Below are positions 18,076 to 27,162 of a DNA stretch of 64,000 nucleotides, one piece after another. Below the pieces are notes generated by a model that saw only the letters and a program-made list of their open reading frames with translations, did not search any database and was not told where the DNA came from. Each line of letters opens with the position of its first letter. The stretch's first letter is position 1. The stretch covers positions 1,696,001-1,760,000 of the forward strand of contig CAXXJJ010000001.1 of the NCBI GenBank assembly GCA_963667015.2. Direction: 5' to 3'. A program made the position numbers and the translations under genes. This stretch comes from Desulfatiglandales bacterium. Lineage in GTDB: Bacteria > Desulfobacterota > DSM-4660 > Desulfatiglandales > HGW-15.

Positions 18076-19266
18076 ATGCCTGGGATGTTAACCCGAAAAG
18101 AGTTCCTGAAATCAATGGGTGCTGGCGTCTCACTCCTTTTACTCGGGGCACCGGGTTACGGGGCGTTTGCCGGTGAACCCTCTTTGGGAAAAAGTATAAA
18201 AGGGTCTGTTTTTAAGGGCGATGCCCCGGATAAACCCTGGAAGTGGTCTGTCGAGGCAAGGTATTATGAAAAGATCGGTAATGATACAAGGTGTCATGTT
18301 TGCCCCAACCACTGTTATCTTGAGCCGGGTGACAGAAGTGTATGCCGGTCAAAGGTAAATATTGACGGTAAATTATATTCACTCACATATGGTAATCCAT
18401 GTACCTTTCATATCGATCCCATAGAAAAAAAACCTCTCAATCATTTTTTCCCCGGCTCTTCTGTCTTTTCCATTGCTGCTACAGGTTGTAACCTCAGGTG
18501 CTTAAATTGCCAGAACTGGGAAATATCCCAGAAAAGGCCGGAGGATGTAAGCCACAGTGAACTTTTTCCTGCCGATGTAGTTGCATCAGCCGAAAAAAAA
18601 AGTGTGCCGTCAATTGCCTTTACATATTCGGAGGCAATTACCTATTATGAATATATGTATGATACTGCAGAATATGCCCGGAAAGCAGGAATAAAAAATG
18701 TCCTTGTTTCAAATGGTTATATCAATGATAAACCTCTTTCCAGCCTGGCGGGCCTTATTGATGCGGCAAATATAAACCTGAAATCCTTTGATAATAATAT
18801 CTATATGGCCCTGAATGGCGGCACCCTGGCCCCGGTTCTAAATACCTTTAAAAGGCTTCACCGGGAGGGTGTCTGGTTTGAGATGACGACGCTGGTCGTT
18901 CCTGGCTATATTGATGACCCTGAGATGATAAAAAGGATGTGCGGCTGGATACTTAAGGAGCTCGGACCTGACTATCCTCTTCATTTTTCAAGGTTTTTTC
19001 CCAAATATAAACTTAACCGGCTGCCCGCAACGCCCATATCCCTGCTTGAAAAATTCCGAAATCTGGCCATTAAGGAAGGTCTTCATTATGTTTATCTTGG
19101 CAATGTCCCCGGACATGAAGGATGCCAAACATATTGCCATAATTGTGGAAAAATTATCATAGAGCGTGCAGGCTATTACATAAAACAGATGAATATTGAA
19201 GATGGAAAATGTATCTATTGCAGGACTGTGATACCGGGCCGATGGACCGGCAATGAACAGGTCTAG
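18076..19266 (+). CDS. amrS: AmmeMemoRadiSam system radical SAM enzyme with Tat-like signal peptide
   Basis: DPIEKKPL, CNLRCLNCQNWEISQ, TYSE, LHFSRFFP, YVYLGNV; N-terminus TRKEFLK + hydrophobic stretch + AFA. Confidence 0.9.
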   Translation: MPGMLTRKEFLKSMGAGVSLLLLGAPGYGAFAGEPSLGKSIKGSVFKGDAPDKPWKWSVEARYYEKIGNDTRCHVCPNHCYLEPGDRSVCRSKVNIDGKLYSLTYGNPCTFHIDPIEKKPLNHFFPGSSVFSIAATGCNLRCLNCQNWEISQKRPEDVSHSELFPADVVASAEKKSVPSIAFTYSEAITYYEYMYDTAEYARKAGIKNVLVSNGYINDKPLSSLAGLIDAANINLKSFDNNIYMALNGGTLAPVLNTFKRLHREGVWFEMTTLVVPGYIDDPEMIKRMCGWILKELGPDYPLHFSRFFPKYKLNRLPATPISLLEKFRNLAIKEGLHYVYLGNVPGHEGCQTYCHNCGKIIIERAGYYIKQMNIEDGKCIYCRTVIPGRWTGNEQV

Positions 19267-19317
19267 AAAATACTGCATTTATAATGTAAATTTATAAATT
19301 TTGTTTCTTGTTTTTTC

Positions 19318-19370
19318 TTGACAGCTACTGTGGTTAATTATAAAAACTACGCTTGTTAAAAAATGCACAA
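19318..19370 (+). promoter_or_regulatory. aprBA promoter with Rex operator
   Basis: TTGACA-17 nt-TAAAAA followed by TTGTTAA-AAAA-TGCACAA (19353..19370), two mismatches to Rex consensus TTGTGAA-N4-TTCACAA. Confidence 0.65.
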
Positions 19371-19568
19371 AGTCAGTATTAGGTTTTTTTAGGATTAGGA
19401 TTAGGAGTATGTTTCGGAGGGAGAATATAAAAATCTAAATGATTTTGTATAGTTATTAATAAAACAGAGTCATTGAAGGAAGGAGGTGTACCACTACTGA
19501 ATTAATTAAATATCAATTAATTAAGGTACTTTAATTCTAAAAATTTCGTTAACTCAGGAGGTATAATA

Positions 19569-20006
19569 ATGCCAAGTTATGTGATTACAGAGAAGTGTGA
19601 CGGTTGCAAGGGCCAGGACAGAACTGCCTGTATGTATATTTGCCCTAACGACCTGATGGTTTTAGACAAGGAAAGAATGAAGGCATACAATCGTGATGCC
19701 ATGATGTGCTGGGAATGTATGTGCTGTGTAAAACTTTGCCCCCAGCAGGCAATGGATGTTCGTGGTTATGCTGATTTTATGCCCATGGGCGCAAGCGCTA
19801 CCCCGTTGAGAGGTACCGAAGACATCATGTGGACCGTAAAGTTCCGTGATGGTTCAATCAAAAGATTTAAGTTCCCCACAAGGACAACCCCGGAAGGCTC
19901 GGCTGATCCATTGGCAGGGTTCGCAACCCACGATGACATTAACAGCAACGCATTGGCCACAGAACCTGCATCATTACTTATTGATGCTGTTCCAGTACCC
20001 AAGTAA
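19569..20006 (+). CDS. aprB: Adenylyl-sulfate reductase beta subunit
   Basis: CDGCKGQDRTACMYICPNDLM, CWECMCCVKLCPQ, RGYADF, WTVKFRDG. Confidence 0.97.
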   Translation: MPSYVITEKCDGCKGQDRTACMYICPNDLMVLDKERMKAYNRDAMMCWECMCCVKLCPQQAMDVRGYADFMPMGASATPLRGTEDIMWTVKFRDGSIKRFKFPTRTTPEGSADPLAGFATHDDINSNALATEPASLLIDAVPVPK

Positions 20007-20027
20007 TTAAAAAGGAGGTATTTTATT

Positions 20028-21911
20028 ATGGCAAATTTTGAAACAGTTGAAGTAACTACCGACCTCCTGATTCTTGGTGGAGGTTTTTCCGCATGTGGAG
20101 CTGCAACAGAAGCAGCTTACTGGGCAAAGAAAAACAATCTTAAAATAACACTCGTTGACAAAGCAGCTATTGACAGGTCTGGTGCTGTTGCAATGGGTCT
20201 TTCAGCTATCAACCAGTATGTTAGCGTATCTGACGGTACCAATACTGTTGAAGATTACGTACGTTACGTCCGTCAGGACCTCATGGGTATCTCAAGGGAA
20301 GACCTTGTATACAATATTGCCCGTCACGTTGATGGTACAGTTCACATGTTTGAAAAATGGGGACTCAAGATCTGGAAAGACGAAGAAGGCAAATACGTTC
20401 ATGAAGGCCGCTGGCAGCTCATGATCAACGGTGAGTCCTACAAGATCCTCGTTGCTGAAGCAGCAAAGAACGCCCTTGCAGATGCAGGCGGCGAAATCTA
20501 TGAGAGAATTTTCATTACAGATCCTATCATGGACGGCAACAAGTGTGTTGGCGCTATCGGTTTCAGCACCCGCGAAGAAAAATTTTACGTATTCAAGGCT
20601 AAAGCAGTTATAGTTGCCCTTGGTGGTGCTGTTCATATCTTCAGGCCACGTTCAGTTGGTGAAGGTTTTGGACGTTCCTGGTATCCTCCTTTCAACTCTG
20701 GTTCAAGTGCTTATATGACACTGAAGGCCGGCGCTGAAATGACATGTCAGGAAGTTCGTTTTATTCCTGTACGTTTTAAAGATGCTTACGGTCCTGTTGG
20801 TGCATGGTTCCTCCTGTTCCAGTCTAGAGCAATCAGTGCTGAAGGCGGCGAGTACATGTCAGTTAGAAAAGATGAGCTTAACAACTGGGCTCCTTACGGA
20901 CTGGCCAAACCAATTCCTGCAAACCTGAGAAACTATCTTGGTATGCTGGATACAGACGAAGGTCTTGGTCCTCTGTACATGGAAACAGACGAAGCCATCC
21001 AGAACCTGGCAAAGAAATACGAAGATGATCCCAAGGCCTTCAAGAAGAAAATGAAAGAACTTGAAAGCGAAGCATGGGAAGACTTCCTGGATATGACCAT
21101 CTCACAGGCTATTCTGTGGGCATCACTCAACGTTAAACCCGAAGAAAAACACTCTGAAATCGCAGCCTGCGAACCTTACTTCATCGGTTCTCACTCAGGT
21201 GCTTCAGGTGCATGGGTAAGCGGTCCTGAAGATCTTGATACTCCCTACAAATGGGGATATGAAAACATGACCACCGTTGACGCCATGTTCGCAACCGGTG
21301 ACGCATCCGGTGCTTCAAGCCATAAATTCTCTTCAGGTTCACATACCGAGGGTAGAATTGCCGGTAAGGCAGCTATCAAGTACATCCTCGAAAAAGGAAC
21401 AGATCCTGTTGTTGATATGGCTAAAGTAGAAGAGATGAAGAAGGTTGTTCTCAATCCTCTGGATCTTTTCGAAGCAAATAAAGATAAATATACAGATCCT
21501 GAAGTTAATACCGAGTACATCATGCCCAGGCAGTTCCTGTTCAGACTCCAGAAGATCATGGATGAGTATGCAGGTGGTGTTACCGCTGCTTTCAAGACCA
21601 GCAAAGCCAACCTGGAAAGAGGCCTTGAGCTCATGGAATACCTCAAAGAGGATTCTGACAAAATGGCAGCAAGAGACCTTCATGAACTCATGAGAGCATG
21701 GGAAAATATCCAGAGAATGTGGATTGCCGAGTCTCATATCCGCACAATGCTGTTCAGGGAAGAGACAAGGTGGCCTGGATACTATTTCAGGGCTGATACA
21801 CCTAAGATGGATGAAGAAAACTGGAAATGTTTCGCCAACTGTCGCTACAACCCGGACAACGGCGAATGGGAAATGTCCAAGAAAGACATCTGGAACATTC
21901 CTGGTGTCTAG
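20028..21911 (+). CDS. aprA: Adenylyl-sulfate reductase alpha subunit
   Basis: DRSGAVAMGLSAIN, WQLMINGESYK, RFKDAYGPVGAWFL, HKFSSGSH, FREETRWPG. Confidence 0.98.
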   Translation: MANFETVEVTTDLLILGGGFSACGAATEAAYWAKKNNLKITLVDKAAIDRSGAVAMGLSAINQYVSVSDGTNTVEDYVRYVRQDLMGISREDLVYNIARHVDGTVHMFEKWGLKIWKDEEGKYVHEGRWQLMINGESYKILVAEAAKNALADAGGEIYERIFITDPIMDGNKCVGAIGFSTREEKFYVFKAKAVIVALGGAVHIFRPRSVGEGFGRSWYPPFNSGSSAYMTLKAGAEMTCQEVRFIPVRFKDAYGPVGAWFLLFQSRAISAEGGEYMSVRKDELNNWAPYGLAKPIPANLRNYLGMLDTDEGLGPLYMETDEAIQNLAKKYEDDPKAFKKKMKELESEAWEDFLDMTISQAILWASLNVKPEEKHSEIAACEPYFIGSHSGASGAWVSGPEDLDTPYKWGYENMTTVDAMFATGDASGASSHKFSSGSHTEGRIAGKAAIKYILEKGTDPVVDMAKVEEMKKVVLNPLDLFEANKDKYTDPEVNTEYIMPRQFLFRLQKIMDEYAGGVTAAFKTSKANLERGLELMEYLKEDSDKMAARDLHELMRAWENIQRMWIAESHIRTMLFREETRWPGYYFRADTPKMDEENWKCFANCRYNPDNGEWEMSKKDIWNIPGV

Positions 21912-21938
21912 TAGATACTGATCATTTCTAATGATTAT

Positions 21939-21971
21939 AGCCCCTGCCGATTGTTCGGCAGGGGCTTTTTT
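21939..21971 (+). terminator. Rho-independent terminator after aprA
   Basis: AGCCCCTGCCGA-TTGT-TCGGCAGGGGCT followed by a T tract. Confidence 0.9.
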
Positions 21972-21995
21972 GTTTAAATAAAACGGGCGGCACCA

Positions 21996-23735
21996 ATGAT
22001 ATATCTGTTCAGACTCTTTGCATACCTGAAAAACTATAAGCGTAACATGACGTTTTTCATGTTTCTTACACTCCTGTCTGTCATCTTCACAATGCTGCAG
22101 CCAAAGCTCATCGAATGGGTCATTGATAAAGGTATAGCTGCCGGAGTTGGTAAAAATATTATCTATGGCGCTGCGGGTATTTTTCTTTTCGGGCTTATCG
22201 GTAATGCGGCCAATCTCTTTGGCGGCTTTTCACTCATCAAGGCTGGGCAGGGATTAAGTCATGATATGCGGAGCGATCTTTTTAGAAAAATAGTCTCATT
22301 CTCTTTTGTGAATTTTGATAAATGGCGAACCGGAGAATTGATGGTGAGGTTGAACTCTGATGTGAACACTGTCCGCATGTTTATAAGGATGGGGCTTTTC
22401 ATGATTGTTCAGTCAATGGTGACAATCTTCGGCAGTATTATCTTCATGTTTCTGACCGATATGAGGCTTGCCACTATAATGTCCATTATTATGGGGGGGA
22501 CACTCATATTGTCCCTTGCCTTTGTCAGCTTCATGCGCCCTCTTTTTATGAAGATGAGGGTGAAACTTGATGAACTCAATAATACACTTCAGGAAAATCT
22601 GGCGGGTTCTAAGGTGGTCAGGGCCTTTAACCGGCAGGGCTATGAAATTAAGAAATTCAGTTTTAAGAACCTTGGTATCTATAAGGTATCTCTTAAGGTC
22701 GGATATCTTTTCGGGACATTTATGCCCTTTATGCTTTTTCTCGGAAATATGTCAGTCACATTGATACTGTGGCTGGGAGGTTCAGAAATTATCCTGAATT
22801 ATAATGCCGGCACTACAGGGTTTACTCTGGGGCAATTGATCGCATTTAACAACTACGCGATGATGTCTATTTTCCCGCTTATGATGCTTGGTATGGTTTT
22901 GAATTTTGTTTCCATGGCAAGTGCTTCTGCAGAACGAATATTTAAACTGATGCAGGATATCCCCGATATTGACACACCTGAAATACCTGCGGCTGCTGAT
23001 AAGATTGATGGCCGTATTGAAATGAAAGCTGTTTCCTTTGGGTATGGCCAGGGCGAAAACGCCATTAGTGATATCAATCTGGTAATTGAGCCAGGGGAGA
23101 AGGTCGGGATTATCGGCGGGACTGGAAGCGGAAAGTCAAGCCTGGCTAATTTAATTCCAAGGCTCTACGACCCGAGGCAGGGGACCATACTCATTGATGG
23201 TGTGGATATTAAAAAATATGACCCTTCTGAATTAAGAAAAAAGGTTGGCATTGTTCTTCAGGATTCGATTCTTTTCTCAGGCGGGATCAGAGAGAATATT
23301 CTTTATGGAAATCCTGATGGCGGACAGGATATAGCAGAAAGGGCAGCAGGAATAGCCCAGGCACTTTCCTTTATTGAGGAGAAGGGTTGGGATACCGGCA
23401 TAGGAGAAAGGGGCACAGGTCTCTCGGGCGGTCAGCGTCAGAGGGTGGCCATCGCAAGGGCGATTGCCTCAAATCCCTCAATAATAATTCTCGATGACGT
23501 TACCTCATCTCTTGACCTTGAGACCGAAAGAAAGGTCACAAGGGGTATCTATGATGAACTGAATAACGCTACAGTCCTTATTATAAGTCAGAAGATAAAG
23601 ACCATTAAGGAAAGCAATAGGATCATTGTAATGGATAAGGGAAGAATTATCGGCATCGGAACCCATGAAGAACTTTTAGGCCGCAATGATATATACAGGC
23701 AGATTGCTGAGACACAAAATGAGTATATACATTAG
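21996..23735 (+). CDS. Heterodimeric ABC exporter, subunit 1 (degenerate ATPase site)
   Basis: TMD + NBD; GGTGSGKS, LSGGQRQR, Walker B ILDD (Asp replaces catalytic Glu), switch Gln (ISQK). Confidence 0.92.
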   Translation: MIYLFRLFAYLKNYKRNMTFFMFLTLLSVIFTMLQPKLIEWVIDKGIAAGVGKNIIYGAAGIFLFGLIGNAANLFGGFSLIKAGQGLSHDMRSDLFRKIVSFSFVNFDKWRTGELMVRLNSDVNTVRMFIRMGLFMIVQSMVTIFGSIIFMFLTDMRLATIMSIIMGGTLILSLAFVSFMRPLFMKMRVKLDELNNTLQENLAGSKVVRAFNRQGYEIKKFSFKNLGIYKVSLKVGYLFGTFMPFMLFLGNMSVTLILWLGGSEIILNYNAGTTGFTLGQLIAFNNYAMMSIFPLMMLGMVLNFVSMASASAERIFKLMQDIPDIDTPEIPAAADKIDGRIEMKAVSFGYGQGENAISDINLVIEPGEKVGIIGGTGSGKSSLANLIPRLYDPRQGTILIDGVDIKKYDPSELRKKVGIVLQDSILFSGGIRENILYGNPDGGQDIAERAAGIAQALSFIEEKGWDTGIGERGTGLSGGQRQRVAIARAIASNPSIIILDDVTSSLDLETERKVTRGIYDELNNATVLIISQKIKTIKESNRIIVMDKGRIIGIGTHEELLGRNDIYRQIAETQNEYIH

Positions 23736-23792
23736 ATAGCTTTATCATAAGTATTTTTTGAATAGAATCCTGGTAATTGGGACATTTAATAT

Positions 23793-25646
23793 ATGGAAAA
23801 GAAAAGTAAGCTTAAAAAGCGAAGACCTCCTGCCGGAGGACCGGGGCCCCGCCCTCACATGATAGAGTCTGCGAAAGATGTAAAAGGTGCCTTTAAAAGG
23901 CTTTTTGCCTATTTTGGAACACAGAAAATACTGCTGGCTGTTTCTAGTGTTATTATCTTCATAAGCGTCTTTCTTGGGACAGCCGGCCCGGCTGTACTTG
24001 GTAAAGCCATCACTGATTACCTTGAAAGAGATCCGAATCTATCGCTGTTTTTAAAACAGGTTGTTATTCTGCTGATAATATATGCAGGAGCCTGGATTAC
24101 AGAGGCATTTACAAGGATAGCACTTATCAAGGCATCAAATAATATCATATTCAGAATGAGACAGGATGCCTTTAATCATATCCAGGAATTATCAATGTCT
24201 TACTTTGATAAAGAAGACGTTGGAGAAATTATGTCGCGCCTGACTAATGACATTGAGGCGATCGAACAGGGGGTAAATAATGTATTCAGCGAGGGGCTGA
24301 GGGGTATTCTAAGCGTATTAATGACCCTTTCAGCCATGCTTATGCTTAACGTCCGGTTCACCATGATTGTTGTTGCCACTATTCCTGTCATGGGTTTTGT
24401 AGCTGCTGTAATCGGAATCAGGGTAAGAAAGGCCTTCAGGGTAAACCAGCAGAAGATTGCTGATTTAAGTTCAAAGGTCGAAGAATCCGTATCAGGTGTC
24501 AAGGTTATAAAGACATTCGGTATGGAGAAAGAGGAAATCCGGGATTTTGAGAGGGTAAGTATTGAAGCAAGGGATGCAGGGACTGCAGCCGAGATGCTGT
24601 CACATATCTTTTTCCCTGTAATGCAGTTGATAACCACTGTTATACTGGCCTCAATAGTAGGCATAGGAGGCTACCTTGTTCTGGGTAACAGCGATGTATT
24701 TTCCATCGGTCTTCTTACCACTTTTATAATGTATTCAAGAAATTTCCTCTGGCCTGTTGCGCAGATATCAGGAATTTATAATGTTATCCAGGCAGCCCTG
24801 GCAGGCGCGGAAAGGGTCTTTGAGATCCTTGATACAGAACCTGCTGTTATGGAAAAACCTGTTTCTGTTCCTTTTAAAGAGGGAGATATTGTTTTCAGCA
24901 ATGTTCATTTTTCATATGAAGAAGATAAACCGGTTCTTGAAGACATCAATCTGACTGTGCCACATGGAAGTGCCATAGCTATTGTGGGGCCTACAGGCGC
25001 CGGAAAGACCACAATGATTAATCTTCTCAACCGATTCTACGATGTTAAGCAGGGATCAATATCAATAAACGGGACAGACCTACGTGATATGGAAATAGAT
25101 ACATTGAGATCGTCTCTTGGCGTCGTTCTCCAGGAACCTTTCTTTTTTGCCACAACAATACGCGAAAACCTGCTTTATGGAAATCAGGATGCTACCGAAG
25201 AAGAGATGATGGAGGCGGCAAGACTGGCCAATGCAGGTCATTTTATAAGCAGGCTGCCAAAGGGATATGATACTGTACTTACCGAGAGGGGGCTTAATAT
25301 ATCACAGGGTGAAAGGCAGCTGCTCGGGATAACCAGAGCCATCCTGAGAAATCCCTCCATTCTGATACTTGATGAGGCAACAAGTAATATCGACAGTCTC
25401 ATTGAGGCCCAGATCCAGGAGGCCCTGCTGAAGCTCATGAAGGGGAGAACATGTTTTACTATCGCCCATCGCCTTTCAACAATAAAGAATGCGGACCGGA
25501 TTATTGTAATCCACAATCATAGGATTATTGAAGAAGGGACTTATACGGAACTGATAATGAAAAACGGATTTTATGCCCAGCTGTATGCTATGCAGCAGAA
25601 TCAGGAGAATATTACAGAAGAAATGATAAAGGATGATATTTTCTGA
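23793..25646 (+). CDS. Heterodimeric ABC exporter, subunit 2
   Basis: TMD + [34 protein letters not shown] (TM287/288-like pair). Confidence 0.92.
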   Translation: MEKKSKLKKRRPPAGGPGPRPHMIESAKDVKGAFKRLFAYFGTQKILLAVSSVIIFISVFLGTAGPAVLGKAITDYLERDPNLSLFLKQVVILLIIYAGAWITEAFTRIALIKASNNIIFRMRQDAFNHIQELSMSYFDKEDVGEIMSRLTNDIEAIEQGVNNVFSEGLRGILSVLMTLSAMLMLNVRFTMIVVATIPVMGFVAAVIGIRVRKAFRVNQQKIADLSSKVEESVSGVKVIKTFGMEKEEIRDFERVSIEARDAGTAAEMLSHIFFPVMQLITTVILASIVGIGGYLVLGNSDVFSIGLLTTFIMYSRNFLWPVAQISGIYNVIQAALAGAERVFEILDTEPAVMEKPVSVPFKEGDIVFSNVHFSYEEDKPVLEDINLTVPHGSAIAIVGPTGAGKTTMINLLNRFYDVKQGSISINGTDLRDMEIDTLRSSLGVVLQEPFFFATTIRENLLYGNQDATEEEMMEAARLANAGHFISRLPKGYDTVLTERGLNISQGERQLLGITRAILRNPSILILDEATSNIDSLIEAQIQEALLKLMKGRTCFTIAHRLSTIKNADRIIVIHNHRIIEEGTYTELIMKNGFYAQLYAMQQNQENITEEMIKDDIF

Positions 25647-25657
25647 TTTGCACACAT

Positions 25658-25792
25658 CCTGAAAAGTTTGCCACAGAGGGTTACAATATCCTGATTGTAG
25701 CGGATAAATACCAGACCGGTTTTGATCAACCCCTGCTCCATACCATGTATGTGGACAAGAAACTTTCTGGCGTCCAGACATTATCACGGCTT
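25658..25792 (+). pseudogene. hsdR: Fragment of type I restriction enzyme R subunit (helicase motifs V-VI)
   Basis: Reads [45 protein letters not shown]; no start, isolated fragment. Confidence 0.8.
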
Positions 25793-25828
25793 ACTCATGT
25801 ATTGGGATATTGGATATGGAATATTATT

Positions 25829-26260
25829 TTACAGGGTTTTAAAGGGATTTTTAATAAACATTTCATCCAGCTTAAAACCATCCTGGAGGTCTTCAGATAA
25901 TACAAACATGCAATCAGCGGCTTTCGCAGATTGTAAGATCATTGCATCCCAAAATGAAATGCTGTTATTTTTATGCAGATGAATAGCTGCTGTAACCATA
26001 TTGTAGTCCGGTCGGACAATTCGGAGAATAGAGATATATTGAAGAAATTCCAGAGCTTCTTCTATTGACAAAGGGTTTTTAATCTTGTGTGTGGATACCT
26101 GAAAAAATTCCTGAAGTACCTGGATACTGATTGCACCACTCTCATTTATAATATGATGTTTTACCAGTTCTCTTGCAAGTTCTCTTTTCTTTTTTTCTTT
26201 TGAAGATGTATCGATTGCGTAAATGAAAATATTGGTATCCAGAAATGTTCTATCGTTCAT
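25829..26260 (-). CDS. vapC: Type II TA toxin, PIN domain
   Basis: [44 protein letters not shown]. Confidence 0.92.
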   Translation of the reverse strand: MNDRTFLDTNIFIYAIDTSSKEKKKRELARELVKHHIINESGAISIQVLQEFFQVSTHKIKNPLSIEEALEFLQYISILRIVRPDYNMVTAAIHLHKNNSISFWDAMILQSAKAADCMFVLSEDLQDGFKLDEMFIKNPFKTL

Positions 26261-26480
26261 GTATTTCTTCCCTTGTCCAGGTTTTTGTCCCTATTTTGGC
26301 TTTGCAACGATCGTAAAAAGATTCAAGCCCCATAAGAGAGGTTTCTTTCCTGGAATCCTGCGATACAAATTCTTCAATTTTTTCTCTTATAATGGCATTA
26401 ATTGATACCTTTCTTTCCGCGGCGATGTGCCTGGCTTTCTTTAAAAGATCATCATCTATTTTTAATGTGACATTTGCCAT
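26250..26480 (-). CDS. Antitoxin, ribbon-helix-helix type
   Basis: MANVTLKIDDDLLKKARHIAAERKVSINAII...WTREEIHER; overlaps the toxin start. Confidence 0.85.
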   Translation of the reverse strand: MANVTLKIDDDLLKKARHIAAERKVSINAIIREKIEEFVSQDSRKETSLMGLESFYDRCKAKIGTKTWTREEIHER

Positions 26481-26511
26481 TTTTTCTGCTCCTGTTTTAT
26501 TTAGTTTATAT

Positions 26512-26540
26512 AAATTAGCACAGTATATGTGCTGTGTCAA
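26512..26540 (-). promoter_or_regulatory. Sigma70 promoter of the TA operon with operator palindrome in the spacer
   Basis: TTGACA-17 nt-TAATTT; AGCACA-N5-TGTGCT at 26517..26533. Confidence 0.7.
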
Positions 26541-26995
26541 AAAGTAAGAAGTTGAGTGTGGAGCGACAATACTGCAATAATTAAAAGATAATTTTTATAA
26601 TATCGTGAGACTTACCTTTAGTTTGTTCCCTCTTTCAGTATCTCCTTATATTTTTCCCTGTCTAATGCTATTAATATTGGGCATTTCCAGTGCTTTGAGC
26701 GACATAATAAGGTTATACTTTTGGGAGATTTAGTTGAATGAAAAAGCTGTCGGGTCTCATTATTTGAAACAATTTTGATTTCCTGGTGACAAAAGACCAG
26801 ACTATCCTCAAAAAACACGGAAATGCATTATATCAGGTTAATACAGATGCCGCAAAGAAGTGATTATTATCATTCGCTCAACTGATACTTCCCTTTATTT
26901 TTTCGCAGTTAATCTATCCGATTTTTATGCAGGATATTGGATTTTTTATTGCAGTTACTCGTTAATGTGAATTTGATTTATGTGAAACTGTAACC

Positions 26996-27013
26996 TTGTG
27001 ATGTATTTCACAA
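26996..27013 (+). promoter_or_regulatory. Rex operator upstream of the ETF:quinone oxidoreductase
   Basis: TTGTGAT-GTAT-TTCACAA, one mismatch to Rex consensus; adjacent TTGCAA -35-like hexamer at 27020. Confidence 0.7.
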
Positions 27014-27162
27014 AAAAGCTTGCAATCCGGTGAAATGATGTGGTAAAAGCATCAAAAAATATTATTGGGCTTACATTTCCAGGCTTTATAGATTTACAGG
27101 GAGCTGTGACTAAAACATGAGTAAATTCATGAATTTACGACATAATAGAAGGAGGCCGATCA

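Noticed and set aside
26618..26863. 66-aa minus ORF and a short + frame (NNFDFLVTKDQTILKK) upstream of the TA module
   Set aside because: No start/RBS or recognisable family; possibly decayed coding DNA but not supportable.
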